This document shows positions 9,273 through 19,397 of a stretch of DNA of 64,000 nucleotides, one piece after another; within the stretch, counting starts at the first letter, position 1, and each line of letters starts with the position of its first letter. The notes under the pieces are model-generated. The model worked only from the letters and a program-made list of their open reading frames with translations, searched no databases and was not told the origin of the DNA. The translations under genes were made by a program, and so were the position numbers. The stretch is taken from NCBI GenBank assembly GCA_032986305.1, contig GCA_032986305.1_3672.1; one strand, written 5' to 3'. This DNA comes from a phage.

Positions 9273-9829
9273 GAAAGAAAGCTGTCAAAGCCCCAGTTCA
9301 TAACGGGTGGTTAAAAGATTCTAAGGACATAGCCAACTTTCGAAAAGAATTGTCAGAGGAGCAGGATGGTCTTGATCCGATCTTGTGCGAGCCACTTCGT
9401 AAGCCTTGTTTAGATCATGATCATCTGACTGGTCGTTGCAGGGGTGTTTTGTCTCAGTGCACTAATACCTTTGAGGGGTATGTGCTTAAATACTGGATGA
9501 AATACTGTAACGAGTATACAGATTGCAGTTTATCAGAGGCGTTGCGCCGGATGGCTGACTATTTGGAGAAAGACTACAGCGACTTCCCGCTCCACAAAAA
9601 CTACAGAGATGATATGACAAAGTTCTTGAGGAGATGCTCTAAAGCTACGATTATTGCACGAGCAGAATCAGATCTCAATCTTGTCATTAATCCGGAGTGC
9701 ACCAAGCATGAGGCTATTGAGTTCTACATGCAGGAGTTTATAAAGAAAACTGAGGAGAGAGATTTCTATGGGGATGAAAAAGGTATTCAATCCTTGCGAC
9801 TCAGTCCTGATCAGGATGAAATACCGTAA
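9224..9829 (+). CDS. endonuclease VII-like HNH protein
   Basis: CLDHDHLTGRCRGVLSQCTN matches recalled T4 endo VII CVDHCHKTGKVRGLLCNRCN; exact start uncertain. Confidence 0.6.
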   Translation: MDRQGSSGGIIAKRKIRKKAVKAPVHNGWLKDSKDIANFRKELSEEQDGLDPILCEPLRKPCLDHDHLTGRCRGVLSQCTNTFEGYVLKYWMKYCNEYTDCSLSEALRRMADYLEKDYSDFPLHKNYRDDMTKFLRRCSKATIIARAESDLNLVINPECTKHEAIEFYMQEFIKKTEERDFYGDEKGIQSLRLSPDQDEIP

Positions 9830-9989
9830 CTGGAAAGGTGTTGTTGCAGATCGCTGCGTTACTGAGCCTAATTTATGGTTTGGCTCTACAGAGTATCATA
9901 AAGAAGAGCAGTGGTTGATGCGTGCCTTCGATGTAGACAAGGGCGAATATCGTGACTTCGCTTTAAAAGACATTCTTCAGTTTTACTAA
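9768..9989 (+). CDS. hypothetical protein
   Basis: 73 aa ORF overlapping end of previous gene. Confidence 0.3.
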   Translation: MGMKKVFNPCDSVLIRMKYRNWKGVVADRCVTEPNLWFGSTEYHKEEQWLMRAFDVDKGEYRDFALKDILQFY

Positions 9990-10001
9990 GGAATCTTAAC
10001 G

Positions 10002-10985
10002 ATGATGACAAAGTTAACTCTTGAGCAAATTTTAACACTAAAGCAACAGGGATACACTAATAGACAAATTGCTCGTGAATTTTTAGGCCGTGAGTCACGT
10101 GAGAGCTGGATCCGACTACAGCTTAAACGTGCACAAGAGAATATGTCAGAGATTGTAGGAGAAGCAACGGAGCGCTTCCTTGAAGAGCACAAAGGTGCTA
10201 AAGTTTGGGTGTATGATACAGAGACATCCCCAACAAACGGCTGGTTCTTTGGGCACTATAAGACCAACATTCAAACCTGTGGTATTGAAGTTATGCCTTA
10301 TATGCTAACTTTCGCAGGTAAGTGGTTAGACAGCCCTAGTGTGGTTGACTGCGCTCTTCCAGATTACAAAATGTGGGATGAGGATATTCACAATGATCTC
10401 GAATTGATTCAGGATTTGTGGTATTATCTGGATAAATGCGATGTCGCAGTAGCCCACAATTCAGGTTTTGACTGCGGGTGGGCCAACCAACGATTTGCAT
10501 TTCACGGGTTGCCTCCAACAAGCCCCTACAAAGATGTTGACACCCTTAAAATGATCAAAAAGGCATTCCGTTTGAATGCAAACACTTTGGAGTATGCATG
10601 CAAATACTTCCAACTGGCCCGACAGAAACTGATTGATCACACATTTGAAATGTGGATCAAGTGTGTCCATGGCGATCTTGAGGCATTTAAACAGATGCGG
10701 GAGTATAATGTTGGTGATATCCTGTCTCTGGAAGGACTGTATTTGCTGGCTCGCCCGTTTGCTAAGCAGCACCCAAACATGTCATTGTACTACCAGGACG
10801 AGGAGCCAAAGGTTCGTTGCCCACGCTGTGGTGGAGAACACTTTCACGAGGAAGAAGCTTTGGCATATACTCAGCTGAGTGCATTTAAAACATACCGCTG
10901 CGAAGGTTGTGGATCTGTTGTTCGTGACCGTAACAACATCCGTACCAGAGAAGAAATGAAAAACACCCTGATTCAGATAATCTAA
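10002..10985 (+). CDS. DEDDy-type 3'-5' exonuclease with N-terminal HTH
   Basis: Exo motifs YDTETS, HNSGFD, YNVGD; C-terminal CxxC...CxxC. Confidence 0.55.
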   Translation: MMTKLTLEQILTLKQQGYTNRQIAREFLGRESRESWIRLQLKRAQENMSEIVGEATERFLEEHKGAKVWVYDTETSPTNGWFFGHYKTNIQTCGIEVMPYMLTFAGKWLDSPSVVDCALPDYKMWDEDIHNDLELIQDLWYYLDKCDVAVAHNSGFDCGWANQRFAFHGLPPTSPYKDVDTLKMIKKAFRLNANTLEYACKYFQLARQKLIDHTFEMWIKCVHGDLEAFKQMREYNVGDILSLEGLYLLARPFAKQHPNMSLYYQDEEPKVRCPRCGGEHFHEEEALAYTQLSAFKTYRCEGCGSVVRDRNNIRTREEMKNTLIQII

Positions 10986-10992
10986 CAATTAT

Positions 10993-11022
10993 AGGGAGGC
11001 TTGCGCCTCCCTTTTCCTTTTG
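10993..11022 (+). terminator. intrinsic terminator
   Basis: GGGAGGC-ttgc-GCCTCCC then TTTTCCTTTT. Confidence 0.55.
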
Positions 11023-11030
11023 GAGGCACT

Positions 11031-11849
11031 TTGAGCAAGAAAGAGTCCAACGACAAATATTACACAAACCCTGAGTATGCAGAATATCTTGTTGGTAAAG
11101 TAAAAGACAAGTATGGGAATTGTGCATACGTTGAGCCTTCTGCTGGAAGGGGTTCTTTTTCAAAACTATTTTCAAAGATACTGTCGTACGATCTAGTACC
11201 AGATCCTGAATTTGAAGGACCAACACAGTGCATTCAGGCAAACTTCTTGGAGGTGCATCCCAAGGCAGATGTCTTCATAGGTAACCCACCATTTGGCAAG
11301 AATTCATCTTTAGCTTGCAAATTCTTTAACCATTGTGCATCATTGCTAGAGCTTGGCGGGGCTATAGCCTTCATATTGCCACGGACATTTGAAAAAATAT
11401 TTTTTGCAAACAAACTGGACATGTCTATGCACCTTGTCTACAGCGAAAGGTGCCCTAAGAACTCGTTTTTACTTAATGGCAAACCTTACGACGTGCCATG
11501 TGTTTTCCAAATTTGGGAGAAAAAGGCGTGCAATAGGGATCCTGTAGAGATTGGAGAGAATAAGTTATTTTCTTTTAGCACTCCAGATGACTACGACTTC
11601 TGTGTAAGACGTGTTGGGTATAATGCTGGAAAAGTATTGGGGGATGATGACCCAAAATCTGAAGAATCGACATATTTCATAAAATCTTTAGTTGACGGTG
11701 TTGACAGAGTGTTTGCCGAATGCTATTCTTCTTTTCAAGAAGAAGCAGGTAAGACTGCTGGAATGAAGAGTATAGGCAAGAAAGAACTACAATACATTTT
11801 GGAGACCCGGTATGATCAAAAGCATAGACTTGACCAAAGAACTTACTGA
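11031..11849 (+). CDS. DNA N6-adenine methyltransferase (putative)
   Basis: Motif I VEPSAGRGSF and motif IV GNPPFG; probable TTG start after RBS GGAGG. Confidence 0.6.
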   Translation: MSKKESNDKYYTNPEYAEYLVGKVKDKYGNCAYVEPSAGRGSFSKLFSKILSYDLVPDPEFEGPTQCIQANFLEVHPKADVFIGNPPFGKNSSLACKFFNHCASLLELGGAIAFILPRTFEKIFFANKLDMSMHLVYSERCPKNSFLLNGKPYDVPCVFQIWEKKACNRDPVEIGENKLFSFSTPDDYDFCVRRVGYNAGKVLGDDDPKSEESTYFIKSLVDGVDRVFAECYSSFQEEAGKTAGMKSIGKKELQYILETRYDQKHRLDQRTY

Positions 11850-12270
11850 TGCAAAAGCTTTTGGTGAGACAGCGGTACAAAGAGGCCAGGCGATGGGACT
11901 GGCACTACCTTTCGTCTTAAAAGAGCACTTTACAGATTTTCAACTTATCAAAGGTGATAAGGGAATGCTTATCCTGGAGCATAAGTTGAGTAAGAAACGC
12001 TACAAAGTTGTTTTTAATTCTAAAGCCCCAACAAAACTTGGATTCAGAACTTACAATCTCAACCCATCCTATACTAAGGGTGTTGGAAGGGTAGAACAAC
12101 AGCATTTCAGTGCTAGAGCTTCTTTAGCCCCTTTGATGCTAAATTTCTCAGGGGTGGCTTTAGGATACCTTGATAAGAAAAGAGTTCTTCATGTCCGTTT
12201 CACAGACTTTGTAACGCTTTTAGCTAACAACGAAGTTGATGAAAAGGGACGTGTAAAAACAAACTTCTAA
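11812..12270 (+). CDS. hypothetical protein
   Basis: 152 aa ORF. Confidence 0.4.
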   Translation: MIKSIDLTKELTDAKAFGETAVQRGQAMGLALPFVLKEHFTDFQLIKGDKGMLILEHKLSKKRYKVVFNSKAPTKLGFRTYNLNPSYTKGVGRVEQQHFSARASLAPLMLNFSGVALGYLDKKRVLHVRFTDFVTLLANNEVDEKGRVKTNF

Positions 12271-12285
12271 TAACGCATAGTATGA

Positions 12286-12489
12286 TTGGAGACCGCAATG
12301 ACACTAAAGTTAACAATTACAGACAGCTTTTCAGAAAACTTTATCCCAGAAATGATGGGTAAGATGCGATCATTGCTTGATCAGATTGAGGAAGCTGTTT
12401 GGGAAGACGATGCTGTAGTGGCTAACGAGCTAGTAGATAAGTGTAAAAGTATTATTGATGCAGTTGAAGAATATCACGGAGGTTTTTGA
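12286..12489 (+). CDS. hypothetical protein
   Basis: 67 aa acidic ORF. Confidence 0.35.
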   Translation: METAMTLKLTITDSFSENFIPEMMGKMRSLLDQIEEAVWEDDAVVANELVDKCKSIIDAVEEYHGGF

Positions 12490-13103
12490 TGGATATTATT
12501 GTTCTTAACGCCCCACCTAGCAGCGGCAAGGATCACATTGCAGATCTCTTGTTGGAAGCTATTCCTAACTCACACCACCGTGAGGTTAAGGAGATGCTCT
12601 TCAGTGTGGCAATTAAGGCAGCTGGTGTAACTCCTCAACTCTGGAATGCACTTTATGACCGCCACTACAAAGAAGAGCCTTGCCCTTTCTTAATGATAGA
12701 CGGCAAGCATGTTTCTCCGCGAGAGTGGATGATCCATTGTAGTGAAAATCTGATTAAACCTATCTTTGGTGAAGATGCTTTCGGTAAGGCCGCAGTCACA
12801 TCCTTGAAGAAAGATTTCCCTAAAGGTAAAGGGGTTGTTGTTTACTCCGATGGTGGATTCAAAGAGGAGCTGGCATGCCTTAGTGAGTACGCATACAGCA
12901 CAGGTGGAGATCTGTTGTTGTTCCGTATTCACCGTGTCGGATATGACTGGGGAAATGATTCCAGAACCTATCTAAGCCTGGAAAAGAACGGAATAAAAGG
13001 GATTGAGTTCGATGTTGTAAATCCTGAAGGTGCACCTTGGGAATGTGCATCGGAGATTGTGTGCAAGTATATTGATGCTAAAGAGGCCCAAGAAGAATGT
13101 TAA
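12486..13103 (+). CDS. P-loop kinase, dNMP-kinase-like (putative)
   Basis: NAPPSSGKD Walker A-like; ATGA overlap with upstream gene. Confidence 0.45.
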   Translation: MMDIIVLNAPPSSGKDHIADLLLEAIPNSHHREVKEMLFSVAIKAAGVTPQLWNALYDRHYKEEPCPFLMIDGKHVSPREWMIHCSENLIKPIFGEDAFGKAAVTSLKKDFPKGKGVVVYSDGGFKEELACLSEYAYSTGGDLLLFRIHRVGYDWGNDSRTYLSLEKNGIKGIEFDVVNPEGAPWECASEIVCKYIDAKEAQEEC

Positions 13104-13690
13104 TCGGAATTGATGTAGATTTGACACTGGTAGATTCAGGAACAGCATGGTGGGAGTGGTTGGAGCGTTTGTATGGTCCAGCCAGTAAGACAGTCGTTAA
13201 ACCTTCTAATGGGCTGATGTATTACGATCTGTCAAAGTATTGGCCTGATCGCCCCAAAGAAAACATCATAGGACCTTTTGATTTCTGGAGTGATCCGTTC
13301 CTCTACGACTTTCTTAAGCCTGAAGAGGGGGCTATTGAGGTTATGAAAGATTTGGTGGCTCGCGGTCACAAGCTCGCATTTATCTCGGTATGCAAGAAAG
13401 GTCACCTTGCATCTAAATCAAGGTTCTTAAAGCGCTGGACCAGTGATTTTATGGATCTGGATGATCACACCCAGGGTCACGGCTTCTACGCCACACATTT
13501 CAAAGGTAATGTGGCTGTAGATGTTATAATTGATGACAGGCATGAATACCTGAACCAATTCGCTTCACGACCTGAAGTTATTAAAATCCTAAAAGACACG
13601 CCTTATGAGCAATTCGAAGAGTTAAAGGTCAGTGTTGACTATACCGCTAATAGCTGGTATAAAATAGGAAAGTTTTTAGAAGGTATTTGA
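13097..13690 (+). CDS. HAD-family 5'-nucleotidase-like hydrolase (putative)
   Basis: N-terminal GIDVDLTL (DxDxT) and downstream IIDD. Confidence 0.45.
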   Translation: MLIGIDVDLTLVDSGTAWWEWLERLYGPASKTVVKPSNGLMYYDLSKYWPDRPKENIIGPFDFWSDPFLYDFLKPEEGAIEVMKDLVARGHKLAFISVCKKGHLASKSRFLKRWTSDFMDLDDHTQGHGFYATHFKGNVAVDVIIDDRHEYLNQFASRPEVIKILKDTPYEQFEELKVSVDYTANSWYKIGKFLEGI

Positions 13691-13691
13691 A

Positions 13692-13892
13692 ATGGGCAGA
13701 TGTTCTAAAGGTGGCGATCCTGTAGTCAGATACGGTGACTGGCTAGAGGTGTATGATCTGGGAGGTAAGCTGGTGTATGCCTCCAGGATCACCCAAGACA
13801 TGTGCTCCGATATGTTCAACAGATACCTTGCATTTAAGGCTAACATAAACCCAGACGAAATTTCCAAAATTAAAACAAGGAGAGCTAAATAA
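13692..13892 (+). CDS. hypothetical protein
   Basis: 66 aa ORF. Confidence 0.35.
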   Translation: MGRCSKGGDPVVRYGDWLEVYDLGGKLVYASRITQDMCSDMFNRYLAFKANINPDEISKIKTRRAK

Positions 13893-14875
13893 TGCTAAAA
13901 CTGTGCACTGCAAAGATCATTGCTGACAGCATTTCCGAGAAAGGTAAGCGTATCACCACTTTTGAGCTAGAGTATCCTCGAATTATTCACTCAGAGCTTA
14001 TGACACATCGAGTGTTCAGCCGAAACGCCATGTCTTCCCGTGCAGTGCCTGTAGGCAAGATGCTACAACAGATTGTGGAGAATCCGGCAATGCCAGTTCG
14101 CTTCGGTGTAAATAAGCGAGGGATGGAAGATGGTGGGAAGCACGATCAAAAGATCCGTGTAGAGTACACCGACATGGAGCTAACTCCTGAAGAGTTTTGG
14201 AAAGAAGCTGCAAAAAACGCCGCTTGGCATGCAGAGAAGTTCGCCCTTGCTGGTTACCATAAGCAAGTATGTAACCGCTTAGTGGAGCCGTTTCAGCGCA
14301 TGAAAACAGTTGTAACAAGCACAGAGTGGAATAATTTCTTCCATCTCCGTTGTTGGCACGATGCTGACCCTACTATTCAGATGTTGGCTAATTGCATGTG
14401 GGAGGCTCTTATGAATAGCACTCCTGAAATCCTTAAACCGGGTCAATGGCACACTCCATATGTAGAGCACGTTTATTTGGACGGAGAGTTTAACTACGCT
14501 GTACGTGACACAGAAGGAAAGCTCTGTATTCTCGATACTAAAGAAGCTCTGTCTATTAGTGCTAGTTGCTGTGCACAAGTATCTTATCGAAATATTGACA
14601 GCACGTTTGAAAAGGCAGATAGTGTGGCTAAAAAATTGATTGGTGGGGATCGTATTCATGCAAGCCCTTACGAGCACCAGGCAACACCTATGGATCACGA
14701 TAACGCAATGGAACGTTTAAACTACTATCTATCTTCATGTGAAATCACACAAGACAGCTGTGTTTGGCAGGAAGGTGTAACCCATCAAGACCGTGATGGT
14801 AAATTCTGGTCTGCCAACTTTTGTGGGTGGGTTCAGCACAGACAACTGCTTAATAACCACTTTGTGAAAGGTTAA
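13892..14875 (+). CDS. thyX: flavin-dependent thymidylate synthase ThyX (putative)
   Basis: SELMTHRVFSRNAMSSR resembles ThyX RHR-x7-S signature; RBS AAGGAG. Confidence 0.65.
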   Translation: MLKLCTAKIIADSISEKGKRITTFELEYPRIIHSELMTHRVFSRNAMSSRAVPVGKMLQQIVENPAMPVRFGVNKRGMEDGGKHDQKIRVEYTDMELTPEEFWKEAAKNAAWHAEKFALAGYHKQVCNRLVEPFQRMKTVVTSTEWNNFFHLRCWHDADPTIQMLANCMWEALMNSTPEILKPGQWHTPYVEHVYLDGEFNYAVRDTEGKLCILDTKEALSISASCCAQVSYRNIDSTFEKADSVAKKLIGGDRIHASPYEHQATPMDHDNAMERLNYYLSSCEITQDSCVWQEGVTHQDRDGKFWSANFCGWVQHRQLLNNHFVKG

Positions 14876-14904
14876 TCCTATCACAGCGATAGGTAACTTT
14901 TGTG

Positions 14905-14933
14905 TTGACTAATAGTATCAGATAGTCTATAAT
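14905..14933 (+). promoter_or_regulatory. sigma70 promoter (near consensus)
   Basis: TTGACT - 17 nt - TATAAT. Confidence 0.55.
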
Positions 14934-14973
14934 AATGGCTCACTTTGTTGGTGAGCCAGAAATGGAGACAGAT

Positions 14974-15435
14974 ATGAGTAATGTTATGATTCCTAAAAAG
15001 ACATTTATTTCAGTTACTTTAGATTTCCTAGCTACCGTCCCTGGGTTTAACGTTCGCACACGAAACGGTCTCCGAGCTGCACTCTTCACCGTAGGGTTTG
15101 ATTTAAAAAATATTGATGTTCTTCGTGGAAAAAACGTTAGATGCAAAAATAAGCCAACCCATTATCGAAAGGCAGATGTATTTGCTGGTGTCATGCGTGC
15201 AGACTTTAGATACCCACAAATGTATAACGGTGTAGATATTTTAGATGTAGATAAAGCACCTGGTGAGGCAATGCTTGTTCAAGATCTTCCGTATGATATC
15301 TCTGTAGAGGATCGTGTTAATGTAAGAAAGTATACAAAACAATCTGAAAAGGCTGAAGATATTCATATTGTTGATGAACCTTTCAATTTTGAAGATCTGC
15401 ATCGCCTGGAAAAATTATTCGGTATTGAAAGCTAA
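14974..15435 (+). CDS. hypothetical protein
   Basis: Start moved to ATG with RBS GGAGA because the promoter -10 lies upstream of the tracked start. Confidence 0.4.
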   Translation: MSNVMIPKKTFISVTLDFLATVPGFNVRTRNGLRAALFTVGFDLKNIDVLRGKNVRCKNKPTHYRKADVFAGVMRADFRYPQMYNGVDILDVDKAPGEAMLVQDLPYDISVEDRVNVRKYTKQSEKAEDIHIVDEPFNFEDLHRLEKLFGIES

Positions 15436-15445
15436 GGTGGTGAAG

Positions 15446-15676
15446 ATGAGTCATAACTCCAAGTGGAAGGATCTTGGTTTTGCAAGTCGGGCAGAATATG
15501 TTGGTTGGCTTTGGTTCAACGGCCTGACAAACGATATTAAAATGTATGATGATGTTTATTATGATGAGTATACAGGTAAAATTATAAATATCTCTGTAGA
15601 AGAGGATACCTTTATTCAGCAAGATACTGATACCTGCCTTGATAAATACGTTAATGAAGTGGAGGAAGCAAATTGA
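15446..15676 (+). CDS. hypothetical protein
   Basis: ATG after RBS AAGGTGG; 76 aa. Confidence 0.4.
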   Translation: MSHNSKWKDLGFASRAEYVGWLWFNGLTNDIKMYDDVYYDEYTGKIINISVEEDTFIQQDTDTCLDKYVNEVEEAN

Positions 15677-17988
15677 TCACCAAGGTAATTAAAAGCAACG
15701 GATGTGAAGTGGCATTCGACCCAGAACGTTTAAATAAGGCAGCTATTTTCGGTGACGACGGTAACGGCAATTGGTCACACATTGCACTGGATGCATACAA
15801 ACGACTGTATGATGGATGTACAACCAAAGAAGTTAACCAAGCTATCATAGACTCCTGTGTTAGCCGTAAAGACGAAGCACATTCCCGTATGGCTGGTCGT
15901 GTTCTTATTGGTCAGATTTATAAAGAGGCTTTTGGAGGGTTTACAAAGATCCCTTCCTTACCATCATTTTACAACGACATGGTTGAGAAAGGGTATTGGG
16001 AGGATATGGGTTATAGCTTTACCGAGCTAAATACTTTAGACGCTGTTATTGACCACAGCAAAGATCTCGGTTACGGCTATGCAGTCCTTAAACAGTTTCG
16101 CGACAAATACGGGATCAAGGATACTCTTAAAGACACCCTGTTTGAATCTCCCCAGATGATGTTTATGGGGATAGCAATGGCTGTCATGAAGAATATGCCG
16201 AAAGAACGTCGTATCAACGATGTTGTAAAATTATACACTTATCTGTCCGACTTAAAGATCAATGCTCCGACACCGTACTTAAACGGGCTGCGCACAGGTA
16301 AGACAGGGTATGCATCTTGTTGTGTAATAAAAGCGGATGATACAGCAAAATCTATTGGTGTGGCACGTGAAGTTGCGTACACAATGACGGTTAACCAAGC
16401 AGGTATCGGCTACTATTTATCATCAAGATCTGCAGGCGATGGTGTTCGTGGTAACACTATTAAACACATGGGTAAGATTCCATATTATCGAGGTATTGAT
16501 GCTGGGGTTAAGGAGAACAGACAACAATCGCGTGGCGGTTCTGCAACAGTATCATTCCTTGCACTAGACCCGCAGATTGATGAGCTAATCCGTTTGAGAA
16601 ACCCTATGACTGTTGCTTCAAAAAGAATCAACACCATGGACTACTCTATAGGTATTAATAGGTCGTTTATCAACCGTGTGGCTAAGAATTTAGATTGGAT
16701 GCTTGTTTCTTATAAGCACGCTCCTCAACTGCATGAAGGTATCTTCACCATGTCTATGGAGGAGTTTGATGCAGAGGTTGATCGTATCGCTAAAGATGAC
16801 AGTATTCCTAAAACATGGATCCGAGCTAGAGATCTTGCTGTTGAGCTGATCACGCAGCGTACCGAAGTGGGGAGGCTGTACGTATACTGGACAGATGAGA
16901 TGAATAGACATACACCTTTTAAAGATGTGATCTACTCAAGTAACCTGTGTGCAGAAATAGCCCTCCCGACAAAAGGCTATTCAGATATGCGTAATATCTT
17001 CAAGTACGATGCTGATGATGGCGAGGTTGCATTGTGCTTCCTGTCATCTCTTGTAGCTGGAAGGGTTACCCCAGAGGAGTATGAGGATGTTGCATACTAC
17101 ACGGTGCTTATGATTGACAATGTTATGGAAATCATGACATATCCGTATGAAAATATGGAGAGCACTGTTAAAAAACGCAGATCCATCGGGGTTGGCCTTA
17201 CCAATGTTGCACATTTTATTGCCAGCCACAAGGTTACTTACGGATCTCCTGAAAGTAAACAGCTTGTTCACGATCTTGCAGAACTTCACAGCTACAGCTT
17301 GCATAAGGCAAGTTTACGGTTGGCAAAAGAGCGTGGTGTCTGCGAGTGGATGCATAAAACAAAATATCCAGAAGGTTGGTTACCAATCGACACCTATAAC
17401 AAAGAGGTAGATAGCGTGGTGAAAGATCCTTCTCTTAAACAGGATTGGGAAGGGTTACGTAAAGAAATCATTGAAAATGGTGGGCTACGTAATAGCGTTC
17501 TTGAAGCATATATGCCTAATGAAAGCTCTTCGCTGGCAACAAACACCACTAATGGGGTTTATCCTGTCCGTGAGCACATTATCTTTAAAAAATCGCCACA
17601 AGGGCAGGTGCTGTTTATCGTTCCTGACTATGATGAGTTGAAAGAGTATTACACCTCGGCTTGGGACGTTGATACTAACGACATGATCGATATGTATGCT
17701 GTGATTCAAAAATTCACAGGTCAGGCAATCAGCGCGGATTTATACATAGACTACACCAAGTTGAAAGATGGTAAAATTTCAATGAAGGAGCAGCTAGGGT
17801 ACCTTATCCGTGCCACTAAATTCGGGATGAAGACATGGTATTATTTAAACTCTAGGGTTGGTGCTGGTGACTCCTTGGCAGAGGAACTTCATGCCAAGAA
17901 ACAGGCTGAAGATGAAACCAGAAAGAACTACCCTTTGATTGCAGATAGTTCAGTTGAAGATCCGTATTGCGAAAGCTGTGCACTATAA
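15673..17988 (+). CDS. nrdA: ribonucleotide reductase class Ia large subunit
   Basis: 771 aa; N-terminal ATP-cone-like; SSNLCAEIALPT active-site motif; apparent TTG start. Confidence 0.9.
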   Translation: MITKVIKSNGCEVAFDPERLNKAAIFGDDGNGNWSHIALDAYKRLYDGCTTKEVNQAIIDSCVSRKDEAHSRMAGRVLIGQIYKEAFGGFTKIPSLPSFYNDMVEKGYWEDMGYSFTELNTLDAVIDHSKDLGYGYAVLKQFRDKYGIKDTLKDTLFESPQMMFMGIAMAVMKNMPKERRINDVVKLYTYLSDLKINAPTPYLNGLRTGKTGYASCCVIKADDTAKSIGVAREVAYTMTVNQAGIGYYLSSRSAGDGVRGNTIKHMGKIPYYRGIDAGVKENRQQSRGGSATVSFLALDPQIDELIRLRNPMTVASKRINTMDYSIGINRSFINRVAKNLDWMLVSYKHAPQLHEGIFTMSMEEFDAEVDRIAKDDSIPKTWIRARDLAVELITQRTEVGRLYVYWTDEMNRHTPFKDVIYSSNLCAEIALPTKGYSDMRNIFKYDADDGEVALCFLSSLVAGRVTPEEYEDVAYYTVLMIDNVMEIMTYPYENMESTVKKRRSIGVGLTNVAHFIASHKVTYGSPESKQLVHDLAELHSYSLHKASLRLAKERGVCEWMHKTKYPEGWLPIDTYNKEVDSVVKDPSLKQDWEGLRKEIIENGGLRNSVLEAYMPNESSSLATNTTNGVYPVREHIIFKKSPQGQVLFIVPDYDELKEYYTSAWDVDTNDMIDMYAVIQKFTGQAISADLYIDYTKLKDGKISMKEQLGYLIRATKFGMKTWYYLNSRVGAGDSLAEELHAKKQAEDETRKNYPLIADSSVEDPYCESCAL

Positions 17989-17992
17989 TTTT

Positions 17993-18016
17993 AAAGGGGC
18001 TTCGGCCCCATTTTAG
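17993..18016 (+). promoter_or_regulatory. hairpin between nrdA and nrdB (attenuator or partial terminator)
   Basis: GGGGC-ttcg-GCCCC then ATTTTA, 10 nt before nrdB RBS. Confidence 0.35.
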
Positions 18017-18026
18017 AGGTAGAATA

Positions 18027-19115
18027 ATGGCTGTATTTAATGCTGAGAACACCGCTCATAAAACTGGTGACTATCCGCTGTTTCTGGGACAGCAAATGGG
18101 TATGTACGACTCTATCAACAAAAAATATCCACAACTGTTCGAACTGTACAAAAAACAAAAAGAACAAGACTGGGCAGAGGATGAAGTGGATTTGTCGCAA
18201 TCTATTTCAGATTTTGTAACATGCTCCAAGTCAACTTATGATGTGATGGTGCAGACCTTGATGTGGCAATGGGAGGCTGATAGCGTTGCGGCAAGATCGA
18301 TCATCTGCCTCTTTTCACCATTCATCACTAATAGTGAGCTTTTCACTCTATTGATGAAACAGTCAGAGATTGAAGTTCTTCACGCGCTAACTTACTCAGA
18401 GATTGTTAGACAATGCCTCCCCAATGCCCGTGAGATTATAGAAGAGATTCAGGAAAACCAAAACGTTCTGAGCAGATCTGGCGTTATTGTCAAATACATG
18501 CAAGAGCTTGAGGTTATTGGTGCAAAATACCGACTGGATCCTTCTAGTGTTGAAGAAGATATTGTGCGGAAATGCATTCTTAGAGCGCTTTTTGCACTTT
18601 TAGCCCTGGAAAGTATTGAGTTTATTGCAAGTTTTGCATGCACTTTCGCAGTAGCTGAACAGGGTATTTTTGTTCAGGTGGCGCAGCTTGTTCAAAAAAT
18701 CATGCTTGACGAAATGCTACATTCGAAAGGTGATTTTGCCATCATTGATATCCTGCTTAATGATCCGGCATGGGAGAAAAGCTTCCTTGAGATAAAAGGG
18801 GAGTTAAAAGAGATTCTTGATGAAGTACGAACCAAAGAGTACGGTTGGAGTGACTATATTTTCAGCGAAGGAAGAGCGATTATAGGTCTTAACTCACCAT
18901 TGCTTAAAGAATGGGTTGACTATAACTGCTCACCGATTTATGATTACTACGGCATCGACAAAGACTTTGTGCCGCCAACAAAGGACCCTCTACCGTTTAT
19001 GCAGGTGTGGATGAAACCTTCATTGCAACAGACGGCGAACCAAGAAATGTCGAACACTGACTACCGCGTCAACACAACTGTTAATGACGCTGAAGAAGAA
19101 ATTTGGGAGTTTTAA
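18027..19115 (+). CDS. nrdB: ribonucleotide reductase small subunit
   Basis: ATG at 18027 after RBS AGAGGT; sits directly after nrdA. Confidence 0.85.
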   Translation: MAVFNAENTAHKTGDYPLFLGQQMGMYDSINKKYPQLFELYKKQKEQDWAEDEVDLSQSISDFVTCSKSTYDVMVQTLMWQWEADSVAARSIICLFSPFITNSELFTLLMKQSEIEVLHALTYSEIVRQCLPNAREIIEEIQENQNVLSRSGVIVKYMQELEVIGAKYRLDPSSVEEDIVRKCILRALFALLALESIEFIASFACTFAVAEQGIFVQVAQLVQKIMLDEMLHSKGDFAIIDILLNDPAWEKSFLEIKGELKEILDEVRTKEYGWSDYIFSEGRAIIGLNSPLLKEWVDYNCSPIYDYYGIDKDFVPPTKDPLPFMQVWMKPSLQQTANQEMSNTDYRVNTTVNDAEEEIWEF

Positions 19116-19118
19116 TAC

Positions 19119-19397
19119 ATGAGCTGTGAAAAATCTTTTTTCTTTATTATTTACGGTAAAGATAACTGCCCACATTGTGTAAGAGCAAAAGAATTTGCAG
19201 TCAGTAAAGGTCTGCCTTTTGTATATAAGACACTTGGCGAGGGTTACACAAAAGAAGAGCTTATTGAGAAGTGCAGTCCAATCGTACCCAGAACGTTGCC
19301 GCAGATCTTCTTAGAAAGCAATCTTGAAAGTGCCCATATAGGCGGTGCCGACGATTTCATCTCTTTTGTTAAGAATGGTTTTGGAGAGAAAAAGTGA
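19119..19397 (+). CDS. glutaredoxin/NrdH-like redoxin
   Basis: 92 aa; CPHC redox motif; between nrdB and nrdD. Confidence 0.7.
   Translation: MSCEKSFFFIIYGKDNCPHCVRAKEFAVSKGLPFVYKTLGEGYTKEELIEKCSPIVPRTLPQIFLESNLESAHIGGADDFISFVKNGFGEKK

Noticed and set aside
15673-17988. Intein in nrdA
   Set aside because: Length (771 aa) is normal for class Ia NrdA and no extra insertion is apparent around the active site.
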